64,000 bases of DNA from Octopus sinensis (lineage: Eukaryota). Shown here piece after piece: positions 38,882 to 53,706 of the stretch. Each line of letters opens with the position of its first letter. Position 1 is the first letter of the stretch. The notes under the pieces were generated by a model that was given only the letters and a program-made list of their open reading frames with translations, searched no databases and was not told where the DNA came from. The translations under genes were made by a program, and so were the position numbers. The stretch spans positions 82,708,001-82,772,000 of the forward strand of contig NC_042998.1 of assembly GCF_006345805.1 (NCBI RefSeq), read 5' to 3'.

Positions 38882-41235
38882 TGTATGTATGTATGTATGT
38901 ATGTATGTATGTATGTATGTATGTATGTATGTATGTATGTATGTATCAAACAGTAAACTGGAAATTTTTTATACTATATCCTTCTGTCTTTTGCCTTTTA
39001 CTTGTTTCTGTTATTATACTGTGCCCATGTTGGGGCACTGCTTTGAAGAATTAAGTCGAATGAATCGACTGCAGTAGCTATTTTTTAAACGCTGGTATTT
39101 ATTATATCGGGCTCTTTTTGCTGAAGGTAGGTAGTTGAACACCAAGAGGCATTTTATATAGTACCTTACCAATACTGTTCCCCATCATGCTTAAAGAGAA
39201 AGTTATATAAACGATGAGTTGAATTTCGAGACAAAGCTGTTTGATTTTAATCAGCAAAATATTTTACTTCAGTGAAGAAGCATAATAAATGACTTTTTCA
39301 GAAAATCCGAGATATTTTATTTTTAACTAATAGCACACTTCATTGTACGACTGTAATTCCATATAAATGGCTACCATATTATCTGGTATTACCGAACTAA
39401 CTATGCAAAAACAAAAGCTAGTTTTAAGCATTCGATGAGAAGAGATAAGTCAATTTCGTAATCTTTTACAAGTATGTTTGTTTTAAAAGAACTAAAATGA
39501 AGTCTGATTTGCATTTTAATTAATAGTATGGAGAAAAACCTAAAGATATTATGGAAGAGAAGCAAACTGACTTCTTGTAAGAGCAGCAATAGAGAAACCA
39601 TATGACAAAATAATTGAATAATTGATGAGATTTTAGTCACTACAATGGTAATATCGTAGATACCTGAGTTGCAAGCAGCAAGACAAAACAAAAGAAATAA
39701 ATAATGAGAAAATCATTAATGACAGTTTCTTAGAAATGCATCTGAAAACTCTGGTATGCTTGCTAGTCAAAAGTCACAATCCAACAAATCTCTTAGTCAC
39801 CGAAAAAATAATTACTTACAGTAATTGAAAAGAAAACTAAAACAATCACAAACACAATTATTGTAACACATATCATAACTGATAATTATGATTCTTCATA
39901 TACGTAATCATAGAAACAATTCCAAGTCGAGACGTTATTATTTTCTTTAGTTTTTCAATTTTTTTAGTGTTATGAGCACAAAAGTGACTAAAATATGAAA
40001 GTGAGGTTAGCTAAAAGAATTTCAGGGTAAGAAAAAATTGGAATGCTAGCATTAACTTACTCACAGACATTCCAGCCTCTGATCCACAGTCTCCTCTCTT
40101 TCTCTCTTCTATTGCTCCTCGGATTTGGCTGGGCTTGTGCTAATTTTAACCAAACATTCCCAATCCAGTCGTCTCCTTTCCTCTCATCTCTGTTGATGAA
40201 GGCTCCGAACTAATCACAACACCCAATTCTTTGTTTCTAGAGCGTCGACCTGTCTGAACTATCGTTTAGCTCATGTCTTTCAGGCAGGTGTTTTGATTTT
40301 TTTTTTTTGTAATAGTTCAAAAAGAACATCAATGCCACTGATTTCACCGGTCATGGGAGATCTATGAAGGCCATGGACATTAGCCTATGCTCCAGACACA
40401 ATAAATCAATAAAAGTCATACTTTTACTAACAACATTAAGAATGTAACTGAGACATTTAAATATACTTGATCTGAAAACTCAGCAAGATAATCAGTTAAT
40501 TAAGAATATGCATCTTTACACAAGTGATGTCAATATTTTACTGAACATGTAATTTTCTACATTTGCAGAAAGCCACAAGTTTGTAGAGAAGAATTTATAG
40601 CAGATAAACGCCGTCTCTGACACCACCATAGACACGTGTTATATGGTACATGATGATAATTTCCACCACTATTTTCTCCCCTAAATTTTCACACTCAAAC
40701 AATACTTGTTGATAGTCATTATATCATTATTGGAAATATTCTACAGCAGGAGGATAGGATGGCAGGTTGCATGCTAAAATGAGAATGATTTCACTAATAA
40801 TAATATGTTTCCATATTTGTATTACTTCGAAGAATTGTATTTACATATGTACAATGAATTCATGTTATCATGTATGTGATAATTTTATGTCTTCACTGCC
40901 TTAAGTAGAATTATTTTAGTTTACTATATAAGCAGTTGTTCATAGTTGTTATAGGCAGAACATGAAGAAAAAGTGAGACCACCTATCATGCATCTGAGTA
41001 ATTGAGTTCCGAGTTGCACCTGTGCTTGTTCTGTCTCGGCGTTTAATACTCCAGCTTTTTGTAATTTTTATCAAAGCTTCTAGAACCTTTGGAGATACAA
41101 TTTGGCGGAAATTCATGTAGATTTTCTACCAGCAATACTAACTGGTAAAATCTTGTTCACATAGATTTTCGTACATTTCACGGAGAAATAGTTAATCTCA
41201 CGGAGCTAGTCGTGCTTTTTATAAAAATTCAGTGA

Positions 41236-41347
41236 TACTGTGTGTCTAATCTGGGGATCTGAGTGAGGTATTTCGAAATTAGACAGACATTTTACTATTT
41301 ACTGAACAGATTTGGCATTCCTATAAAAGCACCCACCTTAGTTATGA
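41236..41347 (+). repeat. Duplicate of the L1/Tx1-like 5' UTR segment at 42458-42570
   Basis: tactgtgtgtctaatctggggatctgagtgagg...attcctataaaagcacccaccttagtta is present twice, ~1.2 kb apart. Confidence 0.85.
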
Positions 41348-42359
41348 ATAACGAAATGAACATTTTCTTAAATGGACACGTAAAATAATTTTTTTCTTTT
41401 GGCAGCAGGATAAAGTCAAGTAAATCGGTTCTAATACATTATACATATTTCAGTTTATCAATGCCGAAAAGAAGAAAGATAAAGTTGACGTTGAAGAGAA
41501 TTGAAAGAGAAAACTGAAACAAAAAAAAGCGTGAAACGCTTTGTCCGAGATTCTAACAAAGCGTCAATCTGCAACTGTCAACACGGGGGTTAATTATTAT
41601 AATAAAAGACCAAGAAAAATTAGAATGAACATAAAACAGACAACTGAATTTTTCTATATAAGATAGAATTAAAGAAAAATGGTCATAAGCTACACCTGCA
41701 AATACATTTCCATTTTTTTTCTGTATTTATCTATCGTTTACATTTTTTCTCTTTTCTTCCTCCCCCAAACGAAGACACTGCACTGAAACGAAAGCTTCCT
41801 CTTCACTCCCACAGCTTATGAGTACCATCTTATCCATCGAAGCTGTCATATAAGTTTATTATCAATTAATGCTGAAATTCATTTTATTTCTAAAAGCAGT
41901 TTCGTTTTTGTTTTGTTTTTTGGGTGATCTTCACTGCTATCAGTTGAATAATATTTATCACTAATAATAAATAGTTAAGTATTCAAAACAATTTCCTTCA
42001 TAGACTAAATGAAGGAAACTGAATAAAGTAACTCCTACAAGAAAAAACGATGGTTTGCATTGAGAAATAACAAAATAACAAAACCACGCGGGCACACAAG
42101 TTTCAGCTTAAAGCAAAATTTATCACATGCATACTACACAAACATGCCCACATGAATATGACGATATGTGCGTGCGTGTACGTCTTCGTAAGCATACATA
42201 TATATATAAATATATATATATGTAATATATAGGCGCAGGAGTGGTTGTGTGGTAAGTAGCTCGCTTGCTGCCTCCAAGTTGTCGCGTGTTTTTCATCGCG
42301 GTGGAAGTCACGTTGTACATGAAAAATAGAACATTTGAAGCATGACCACAAGTAAAGCA

Positions 42360-44280
42360 TCTGTTTTTTTGGGAGCTTAGTGGGGTCTGCTGTTTGTATT
42401 TAAGTATGTTTTTCGAACAGAAGTCTCCACTGGGTCCTAGGCATTTGTTTGCCAGTGGTACTGTGTGTCTAATCTGGGGATCTGAGTGAGGTTGTTCGAA
42501 ATTAGACAGACATTTTACTATTTACTATTTTACTATTCCTATAAAAGCACCCACCTTAGTTAAGAATGAAGAAGACTCACTGCGTAGTGAGAAGTGTGTT
42601 TATTTTGGGAGGCGTGTCACTCTGAAAAGTTTTTGCAAATTTCTTTGACTGTGTTTATGCCCTTTCAAGTGGATCTTTACCATAAAGGATAGGAGTACAG
42701 CCAGAGTTGGACGGAATACTATTTTTGCTGCGAAGGACTACCAGTTTGGATTACCAGAGTAGCAGAATTGTGTTGTGTTGTGTTGCCATTTTGGACTATC
42801 CTCCTTCGTTCTTTCTTCTCCTGTCTGTCTTTCTGATCTTATTTGAGTTTCTGTATAGACTTTCATTTGAACATTTTAATTTTGGTTTGTGGACTTTTAT
42901 TTTTGTTTTGGCAATCAACATGGCAGCTGTAAAATCTGCTTTGAAGTGGCAAATTGTGGCCTCCAAAGAATGGTTGGAAAATTATACGGAGAGAACGGTG
43001 GTGTTACGGACCTATTTCAGTGTCCTTGACACCATCAAGGTCTTCTCTGAGGAAGAAATTGAGGACTTGGCAGACTATCTGCCAACTGTTAGGTTTATCC
43101 GCAGGGGTGTAAAGTATGAAACTGTGTGTGTACATTTTGACACCCATGCTGAAGCTCGCGATTTTGTAAGCATACCTTTGGAGTGGGAGAAAATATTGTT
43201 CTCCCTACTTATGGCAGTAGAAAGTTGACAAGAGCCTGGGTGTGTCGGCTGCCACCCGGTATAGAGGCCGCGTGGATAGACGACACTATCCGTCGGGGCC
43301 TGGGTGGTGGCCCTGCCAGGCTCTTAAATGTAAAAATGTTGCCTGCGGTTGATTGGATGGGGTCAAAAGCAATTTTGACCCTATGGACCCAATCAGCCGA
43401 TGATCTAGTTTTATCAAATTTTTTTAACTATGGCCGGTTCCAGGTACCCGGTGATGGTTGAGGGACGTCCCCTCAAGTGTCACCTGTGCCTGGAATCGGG
43501 CCATATAAATAAGTTTCGTGCAAGAGATTCAGCATAGTGTTTGGTAGCTGTCCAATTATGTAACTCTGCGCTGATCAGAGGTAGCTGTTATGGAATTAAA
43601 TATTGCGACTGCTCTCTATTGCTGGAGGTGTATGTTTGCGTCCGCGTGTGTGTGTATATGTGCATGTATGTCTTAGACGACTTTCATATATGTGTGTGCG
43701 CGCGCGTGCGTGTGTTTGTGTGTCTTTATTTGTACCCCTCCACCGCTTGAACAACCAGTGTCGTTGTGTTATGATGGGAAGGAGAAAAGAAAGAGTGGAA
43801 GAAGAGAAAGAAGAAAAAGACGATAAAGACGAAGAAAAAATAAGAAAACGAAAAAGAAGAGGGCAATAAAAAGAACCAGGCAAAGAAGATGAACAAAAGA
43901 AGAAAAGGAAAAGGAGACAACACCCCCACCAAAGCCCGAGCGAAGCACGGGTCAAAATAGCTAGTATTATATAATTTCGAAACAAAAACGCGTTTTAAGA
44001 TTATATTAAAATTATTTTAGAAGATTTGTAAAAAAAATCCTAAAAATATAATAATTTTCCTAAAATTACGGATGTTGAATGGACGCATATTGTTCATGCG
44101 AGAGAAATGTGGTCAATTGTTATGGGTGAAAAACTCGCGCATTTGAAACGTACTCACTAACGATTCATATTAATTCATTGTAAACCGTTCCTTGGATTCC
44201 ATCCTTCGATACGTAAAATTTGGATGCTTTACACTAAATTTTTTGATGCAGGTACAGACCTTTGAAATTTGTTCCTCATT
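42360..44280 (+). mobile_element. L1/Tx1-type LINE 5' region: 5' UTR and frameshifted ORF1 with a gag-like zinc knuckle
   Basis: ATG at 42920, RRM-like segment (VCVHFDTHAEARDF), frameshift near 43190, then YPVMVEGRPLK-CHLC-LESG-H-INKF-R at ~43445-43519 (CX2CX4HX4C with the last TGT changed to CGT). The 3' limit is uncertain. Confidence 0.7.
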
Positions 44281-44314
44281 CTTGCCTATATATATTATAT
44301 ATATATATATATAT

Positions 44315-44400
44315 TCCTGAGCGTTATACTAATATATCTGTTTGTTTTGTACACCACCTGTCTTCGTTTTTTTGTTTTTTTCGTAAACTCTCCCTATATA
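44315..44400 (+). mobile_element. pLTR-like fragment of the 26358 family
   Basis: ttcctgagcgttatactaatatatctgtttgttttgtacaccacctgtcttcg. Confidence 0.7.
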
Positions 44401-44644
44401 TATATTAAAGATAAACAAGAATGAAAATGCTACTTTCTTAAAATTAGGTGTGTTTTAATTTACATGTTTCCGTTTTAAGAAAGTAGCATTTTCAATCTTG
44501 TTTATTTTTAATATATATACTTAATCGTGCGGTACGTCTACAAATCTTTTCAAATATATATATATATATATTGTGTGTGTGTGTGCGTGTGTGCGTGTGA
44601 GTATGTGCGTGCGTATGTATGTATATATATATATATATATATAT

Positions 44645-44780
44645 ACGACGGGTTTCTTTCAGTTTCTGCCTACCAAATACACTCACAAGGCTTTGATCAG
44701 CGCAGCTGTGTAGTAGAAGACACTTGCCCAAGATGTCATTCAGTGGGACTGAACCCGGGAATCATGTGGTTGAGAAGCAA
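44645..44780 (-). mobile_element. SINE family B fragment
   Basis: Reverse-complemented family B core and B-box. Confidence 0.75.
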
Positions 44781-45069
44781 GCGTCTTTATTTCATTATAA
44801 TGGCCATAAAGGCCTTATATAGAGAAAGGAAGCTGCGGGCTGGACACGGATATAATGTTATATGAAATGAGAAATGAAAATGATGATTAATGGCGAAAAA
44901 AGTGACGCCCGCCGATCGTTCTTTCCCGAGAACATTGATCGTTTATATTATTCATGTGGCAACAAACCGCTTACATTGTTCACAATATTCAAAAACAAAA
45001 TGAAACACTAAGCCTCTTATCTTTTTTTTCTAAACTAGGAACTTTCGATAACACTGAGGCTTTTCAACC

Positions 45070-45820
45070 TCTATATCATTCTCCTCTTCAGCACAGTAAT
45101 TCAAAATTTTAAATTTGAGTGCACTGCAAAAATTAAACATAGCTTATCAGACAACATACATCTAACGACCAGTACTTTCGAATTCAAACAGACGAATGAG
45201 ATCTCGTATTCCTCCTCACTCACCCACATGTGCTGACGAGTAAAATTTTCCAGAAATAACTGTAGTTTACTATCAGGGAGAGAATTATATTATCCGTAAT
45301 AATAAAGAGTAAAATTAATTAATTAATAATTAATAATTTTACCAATTAGTTCGGTATGCTAAAAGAACCATTATCGGTAAACTTATACATAATTTAAAAT
45401 CTTGAATTTAATATATACGTAATTTAAAATTTTGAATTTAAAATCTTGAATTACTGTGCTGAAGAGGAGAATGATATTGTGTGAAATATGATTTTACATT
45501 TTTCACATCTCTCTAACTCCGAAACGCGTACACAGTTAATCAAAGCCGGGTGGATTCGTTATTTTTTTTCTCTTTACCTGCGTGGGTTGTTGAGTATTGC
45601 TATCTGGGAGATTTTCTTATAGTAGTGAAATAGTAAGTTTTAACTGCTATTTCTAAATTTCGGTAGGTGGTGAAGCAAATTTTTACTGAACCCTAATTAT
45701 AATTATACTCATAATTATAAAATTTTATGTATAAGTTTACCGATAATGGTTCTTTTAACATACCGAACTACTTGGTAAAATTATTAACTATTAATTAATG
45801 AATTTTACCCTTTATTATTA
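45070..45820. repeat. Two interleaved inverted-repeat pairs surrounding an intact HHR
   Basis: A (~45075-45118) pairs with A' (~45420-45477), and B (~45289-45395) pairs with B' (~45720-45820). Confidence 0.8.
45453..45536 (+). ncRNA. Canonical type-I hammerhead ribozyme
   Basis: actgtg-CTGAAGA-ggag...ctcc-GAAA-cgcg-TA-cacagt. Intact core, 6-bp stem I, 4-bp G-C-closed stem II, palindromic stem III, GUA cleavage triplet. Confidence 0.85.
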
Positions 45821-45825
45821 TGGAT

Positions 45826-47103
<1,278 letters not shown>

Positions 47104-47490
47104 CTGCCGCGTGGCTAAGTGGTAAAAAGTTTGCTTCCCAACCACATGGTTCCGGGTTCAGTCCCGCTGCGCAGGACCTAGGGTGCCTTCTACTATAGCC
47201 TCGAGCTGACCAAAGTTTTGTGAGTGGATTTGGTAGAGGGAAACTGAAAGAAGCTCGTTGTATATATATATGTGCGTATGTGCTTGTCTTTGTCTCTGTG
47301 TTTGTCCCCACCAAAGCTTTCACAGCTGGTGTTGCTGTGTTTAAGTCCCTGTAACAGCGATTCTTCGAAAGAGATTGATAGAACAACTACCAAACTTTAA
47401 ACAACAAGTACTGGAGTTGATCTGATTGACTAACATTCTTCAAAACGGTGCCCCAGTATGGCCGCAGTCTAATGACTGAAACAAGTAAAA
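47104..47490 (+). mobile_element. SINE family B, near full length
   Basis: tRNA-like head (gtggctaagtggtaa...ggttccgggttcagtccc), core and tail. Confidence 0.85.
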
Positions 47491-47589
47491 GATAGAAGAT
47501 AAAAAATACTTATGTGTGTGACCATAAAGCAAACTGCAAATACAAATAAAGAAAAAACGAAAAGTACAGTCAATATTATTAGTTTGACA

Positions 47590-48015
47590 GGGTGGCGAGC
47601 TGGTAGAAACGTTAGCACGCCGGGTGGAATGCATAGCGGTATTTCGATTACCTTTACGTTCTGAGTTCAAATTCCGCCGAGGTCGACTTCGCCTTTCATC
47701 CTTTCGAGGTCGATAAAATAAGTACCAGTTGCGTACTTGGGTCGATCTAATCGACTGCCCCCCTCCCAAAAAATTTCGGGCTTTGTGCCCAGCGTAGAAA
47801 AGAATATTAGTTTGACAAGGCGGCGAGCTGACAGAAAAGTTAGCATGCTGGGCGAAATGCTTAGCGGTATTTCGTCTGCCTTAACGTTCTGAGTTCAAAT
47901 TCCGCCTTTCATCTTTTCGGGGTGAATAAATTAAGTACCAGTTGTGCACTGCTGTCGATCTAATCGATTGGCCTCCTCCCAAAAAAGTTTGGGCCTTGCA
48001 TCAAAAGTAAAGAAA
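47590..48015 (+). mobile_element. Two tandem SINE family A copies
   Basis: Each copy is preceded by tattagtttgaca (~47577 and ~47806), consistent with a TSD from insertion at the 5' edge of an older copy. Confidence 0.88.
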
Positions 48016-48926
48016 GAATATTATTATTTTGACGCTGAAGAAAGAATGGAAAGGTGCAACGTTTCAGATATAGTCCTTCTCCAGATAATAGAGGAAAATC
48101 TAGCAGATACTGGTAAGAGAGAGAGAGATGATGAGAAAGGAACTACAAAGAGAACTGGGGAAATAAGGGTGTGGTTTCGGTAGACAGTTTAACATGTGAC
48201 TTGTGTGTGTGTGTACAGGTATGTGTTTGTGTGTCAGAAATTTTATTATCAGTTCAAGTCTTTATGACGATACACTGTAAAAGAGATTTCAGTCTCAATG
48301 AGGTAGATGTTTCTACTAAATTTCCACTTGCAAAAAATCATACTAGCAATGATATTCACAATCTTTACTTTAGATTACTACTACCACTACTACTTTCTCC
48401 TCTTCTTCTTCTTCTTCTTCTTCTTTTTCTTCTTTTGTCACACTTTTTTTCTGTTTTGTTGTTACTTTTCTTATATTTTTACTACGTCGTTTCTTTATAT
48501 ATTCAAACCACAGCTGTATCAAAAATATTTTCTGAAATGAGTTACTAGAAATGAAGTTCTTTTTTTTTAAAAAAAAAGTGATTCAAAAACTTATCACGAC
48601 ATTCTGGCACATTTTAATTGCTACTTTTCTTTTTAGTTCCCTGGTGTTTTTCTTTATGTTATTTGGTTAGAAATGTTTTTTATAATAATGGAGGTAATGG
48701 CATTGATTCATACATACATACATTCATACATACATACATACATATATACATACATACATACATACATACATACATACATACATACATACATACATACATA
48801 CATACATACATACACACACACACATAATATACATATATATTATATATCACTGTATTGACCTGACCACCGGATGTGGTTGTACAACCCTGGTCACGATGCG
48901 CTCCGTCGCATTGTTACAGCTTTCGA

Positions 48927-48967
<41 letters not shown>

Positions 48968-49104
48968 TATATGTATATGCATCTATATTCATACATTTAC
49001 ATAGACACACACACACACACACACACGCACGTTTGTATGTATGCATGTATGTATGTATGTATGTATGTGCATGTATGTATAGGTGCACGCGTCAGTGTGA
49101 GTCA

Positions 49105-49245
49105 AGATGTTTGCTTCCCAACCGCATGATTCCGGTTTCAGTCTTACTGCATAGCACTTTGCTCAAGTGCTTTCTACTACAGCTTCGAACCAACCAAAGT
49201 CTTGTAAGGGGATTTCATAAACGGAAACTGAAAGATGTCTGTCGT
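49105..49245 (+). mobile_element. SINE family B fragment
   Basis: gcttcccaaccgcatgattccggtttcagtc...acggaaactgaaagatgtctgtcg. Confidence 0.7.
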
Positions 49246-49264
49246 ATATATATATATATATAAA

Positions 49265-50275
49265 ATCAAATCAAATTTACAGGCAGGGGAAGAGCACAAT
49301 ATGCTTAAGCCATGTAAAAAACAAAAAACAAAACAGTTATTGTTATATACAGTTTATAGATGGTCGCCACAGTTGCCCAGGGCCTCTTTGAACAGAAGAG
49401 TTGAATGACATTTGTGGTAGCTTGTTACACGGGGCTGCGATACAGACTGAGAATGCGGCCTTCCGCCTGTTGAGTTGAAGATGTTGAAAGCTAGGATGAG
49501 ATCTCCTTGCATCCTCCGTCCTTCGAGTGAAGGTAATGCCAGCCCTTGGAGACGTTCCTGATACGTAAGCTTAGAGAAATCCGCGACCATTCAGTTGGCT
49601 AAGCGCTGAAAGCGTTCCAGATGCTGAATGTCTTTCTAGAGATAGGGGTTTGAGGCCTGGATGTAATATTCGAGGATGGGTCTAACTAGAGTGACGTATT
49701 AACGCCGAAAGACGTCCATTGAAAGGTTGACAAAAGACCGGCGGATGAGGAAAAGATTCCTTCTGGCTTTGTTTGCTGCCTCGATACACTGCCGTTTTGG
49801 TTTGAAAGTGGTATTGATCATTATGCCGAGATCTTTTCTTCAGTGACCATCTTAAAATGTTGGTGTTTGAGGCCAATAGTCAAGGGGAAGTTTGGAGGTG
49901 AGCTTATTGATAAACGGCTGCATTCTGAGGCGTTCAAGAGCAGATCCCATTCTTTCGTCCAATTCCAAGCTCGGTTCAGCGACGGCTGGAGTATTTCATA
50001 CTGATTCCTAGTACAAGTTTGACTCTTCCATCAAAAAAATCTGGTAGGTCATTGATATAGAGAAGGAAAAGCATTGGCCTCAGCATCGACCCCTGGGGAA
50101 CGCCACTGTAGGTATTCGTCTCCACGGAGAGATCTCCATTTATCTGCACCCCAAAGGTTCGATGGCACAGGAAGGAAAAAATCCACGAAGTCACCAATGG
50201 GTGAATCTTGTATGCTTGATTAACGGAGTCAAACGCCTTTGCGAAGTCCAGAAATACCACTTATACCGAGTCTTA
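49265..50275 (-). mobile_element. CR1-clade LINE, internally deleted RT plus 3' end
   Basis: [58 protein letters not shown]...YQERL..L.LPSLEGRR.QGDLI..F.I. Confidence 0.92.
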
Positions 50276-50276
50276 T

Positions 50277-50307
<31 letters not shown>

Positions 50308-50403
50308 TATAGATACTACCACATATATTATATATATATTATATATTTATATACACATATATATATATTCATATAGATATATATATTCATATTATATATA
50401 TAC

Positions 50404-50474
<71 letters not shown>

Positions 50475-50599
50475 TATTATCATATATATATATATATATA
50501 TACATTATATATATACATATATGTATACAATATATATACACATATATATATCCATATATATATATACAAATATATACACACACAGATATATATATCTAT

Positions 50600-50665
<66 letters not shown>

Positions 50666-50978
50666 GTATGTTATGTATATGTATATGTATATGTAATGTA
50701 TATGTATCATATCAGAGCTTAGAAAGTTAAAAACGTATAATTAACTTATGAGCGTAAGGGAGTTATTTCAAATTGGTAAATTTAGTCGCTGTCGTTAATT
50801 CGGTTAAAATAAGTTTTAGACTTAACTATAAAATAATTATTAAATAAGTAGCAATTAAATTCATCTAAAAATCAAATTATTATTATTGAAAACAAATGGA
50901 TGTATTCCACCGAAACTAGGTAAATAAAACCTTCGAACAGAGACGATCAGTGGCGACACCTGCTGGGTCTGACTACGA

Positions 50979-51017
50979 TACATTGACAAAGGGCAAATAC
51001 CCTGAAACGCGTCTGTA
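50979..51017 (+). ncRNA. Decayed type-I hammerhead motif
   Basis: taca-TTGACAA-aggg caaata ccct-GAAA-cgcg-TC-tgta. Stems are intact; the core differs from CTGACGA by two transitions. Confidence 0.55.
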
Positions 51018-51849
51018 GCTGTCTGACTGGCAGTGTGAAGCGGCTGACCTCCTTTGCTCGAATGTTATAATGGATACAGTTTGTGTATCAAATAGCTAGC
51101 TTAAGGCGATGGCCTCATGGAGCTAATCAGCGACAGCTTTAGTCTTATATCTATAAGACTGCCATATTAATATGGCGATAACAATTAATTTCCAGTAACG
51201 CTGCCGTAATCTCTTTTAGAGAGACTTAGTAATTTTAATATTTCTATCATTAAAAATCAAATGCTAAACAGAAAATATTGAAATGCTGAATATTTACCTT
51301 TGAGGTGATTATTTTGAAATGAATGTACAGTGTTTGTATTGTGAAGAATACACAATACACAAGTGTGATTCCTGATTGAAGCTGTATCAATTTATATCTA
51401 TGGTTCAATTAATTACCTGATGAATGTTATAGTTCATTCTTTCCTCCATTCTCTCGCCCATTCACCATTCAACACCAAATCAATGCTACTCTTTCTGATT
51501 AGTTGTATACGAGGTCATTTCATATTAGATTTGACTTAGGAAACATTTGTGATATAAGTATGTCTATATTGAGTTGTGGTTAACCTCGATATCTTATAAA
51601 CCATCATGGACATATAATAATGAAATGACAACAATGATATCAAAATCATGTTGTTTAATTTTATTTAAACTAGAATGATGCAAAAACACTTTCTATCTGA
51701 TTAATAAAATAAAGTAATATCTATACCAACTGATAATTAATAGATAATTAATTTTTTATCATTTACATGTTTCCACAATTGGACAGCGGCCACGCAGGAG
51801 CACCGTCTTGAAGATTTTAGTCGAACAAATTGACTCCTGTACTTTTTTG

Positions 51850-52095
51850 AAATTTGGTATTTATTCTACCTTTCTTTTGTCGAACCGTTCAGTTACGGGG
51901 ATGCAAACAAACTAATACCAGCAGTGGATGGGGGACAAGAACATACACATACACACACACATTCACACATGCATATATACATATTACACGACAGTTTGTC
52001 ATACAGTTTTCGTCAACCAAATTCAGTGGCAAGGTAGCACTGTACACGAAGCTATTGGGACTGAACCAAAAGCTATGTGGGTGCAAAGCGAGCTT
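51850..52095 (-). mobile_element. SINE family B-like, diverged
   Basis: Reverse-complemented family B body with an internal (CA)n. Confidence 0.6.
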
Positions 52096-52154
52096 CTTGA
52101 CTTATGCCTAAATAAATTGATTATTTTAAAGAGGAAATATCTCCACAATATCAA

Positions 52155-52555
52155 AGCGGCGAGCTGGCGAAGACGTTAGCGCACCGGGCGAAATGCTTAA
52201 CGATATTTCGTCTGTCTTTACGTTTTGAGTTCAAATTCCGCCGAGGTCGACTTTGCCTTTCATCCTTTCCGGGTCGTTTAAATAAGTACTAGTTACGCAC
52301 TGGGGTCGATATAATCGACTTAATCCGTTTGTCTGTCCTTGTTTGTTCCCTCTGTGTTTAGCCCCTTGTGGGTAGTAAAGAAATAGGTATTTCGTCTGTC
52401 TTTATGTTCTGAGCTCAATTTCCGCCGAGATCGATTTTGCCTTTCATCCTTTCAGTCGATAAATTAAGTACCAGTTGCATCCCGGGATCGATCTAATCGA
52501 CTGGCCCCGCCTCTCCAAAATTTTCGGGCCTTGTGCCAAGAATAGAAAAGATTAG
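52155..52555 (+). mobile_element. SINE family A, dimeric form
   Basis: Same architecture as 12244-12645. Confidence 0.92.
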
Positions 52556-53562
52556 TTTGATCTTTGTATTATAAATTCCTCTTGGATTCTATCAAAAGAA
52601 ACACTTCTTTAAACTTTCAACCTGCTTCAACTTTAAGTGTTATGTGATTATTAGCACCATCTGAATAATTAATTATGGTAACAGAAGACAGAACTTATAA
52701 ATCATAATTAAGAGACTAAGAAGATTATTGCTTCTAGTCTGTTGGAACTTTTCTTTACATGAGTATGGTACACCTTAAATTCAAAGTTTCTTACTTGATT
52801 TTAAATTCATCCAATACACAACTACTTTGAGATTCCTTTCTTCATACCCGTCAATACTATTTTCCTGAAGTCATTTGTCTAAAATATTTCAAGTACTAAG
52901 AAGAAGCGTGTTAATATCTTTTCAAACCTGCCTCTTATTTTCCTAACATCTTGATACAAATCATTATATAAAACTCTGTCTTACAGCTTCTCTTCTCAAT
53001 AGATAAACTTAACCTCTAACTATTTGCCTTCTTTCTTTGTACAGTTTCCTGCTGCCGCACGTCTTCCTTCCTTTCACTCTTTATGTGGTCTAACATACCT
53101 AACATATGATTTTACTTTCCTTTTGTTCCTTCTTTAAAGTATCTAAACTTTGAACATTAGAACTGCGTTAGCAGAAAGAATGTATTCACAATCCTACAAT
53201 AAGCAATGCTAACATCATACATTCTAACCCTAATGACTTAGATTATGGAGTTAAAGAAAACATTTTCTTACTTAGTATATTGGATTTAAAAAGCTGTAAG
53301 ATTTATCATTAAAACTGACAAAAACTAGCTAAAAGTTTAAATAAACTACTGACAGTTGGGTTGCTGTTGATTCAGATGTATAGCAGCTCTGTAAATATGA
53401 CCGGTTTTATTTTAGAGTGTTCAATCCTTTAGACCATTTGCTTTCAATGTCCTCTACACAAACAATTTAATTCTACTTAATGCAAGACTATTCTATAGAA
53501 TTTGATTATTGTAGTATGGTCATTATCCTAATAATAAACACGCACAGGTTCTATTTTACTAC

Positions 53563-53706
<144 letters not shown>

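Noticed and set aside
45225-45270. CTGACGA...GAAA motif
   Set aside because: No stem II or stem I complementarity.
50900-51320. Apparent hammerhead halves in reversed order (caccGAAActaggtaaata at ~50907; tatttacc..ggtg at ~51294)
   Set aside because: The 5' half lacks a recognisable core and the match is short in AT-rich DNA.
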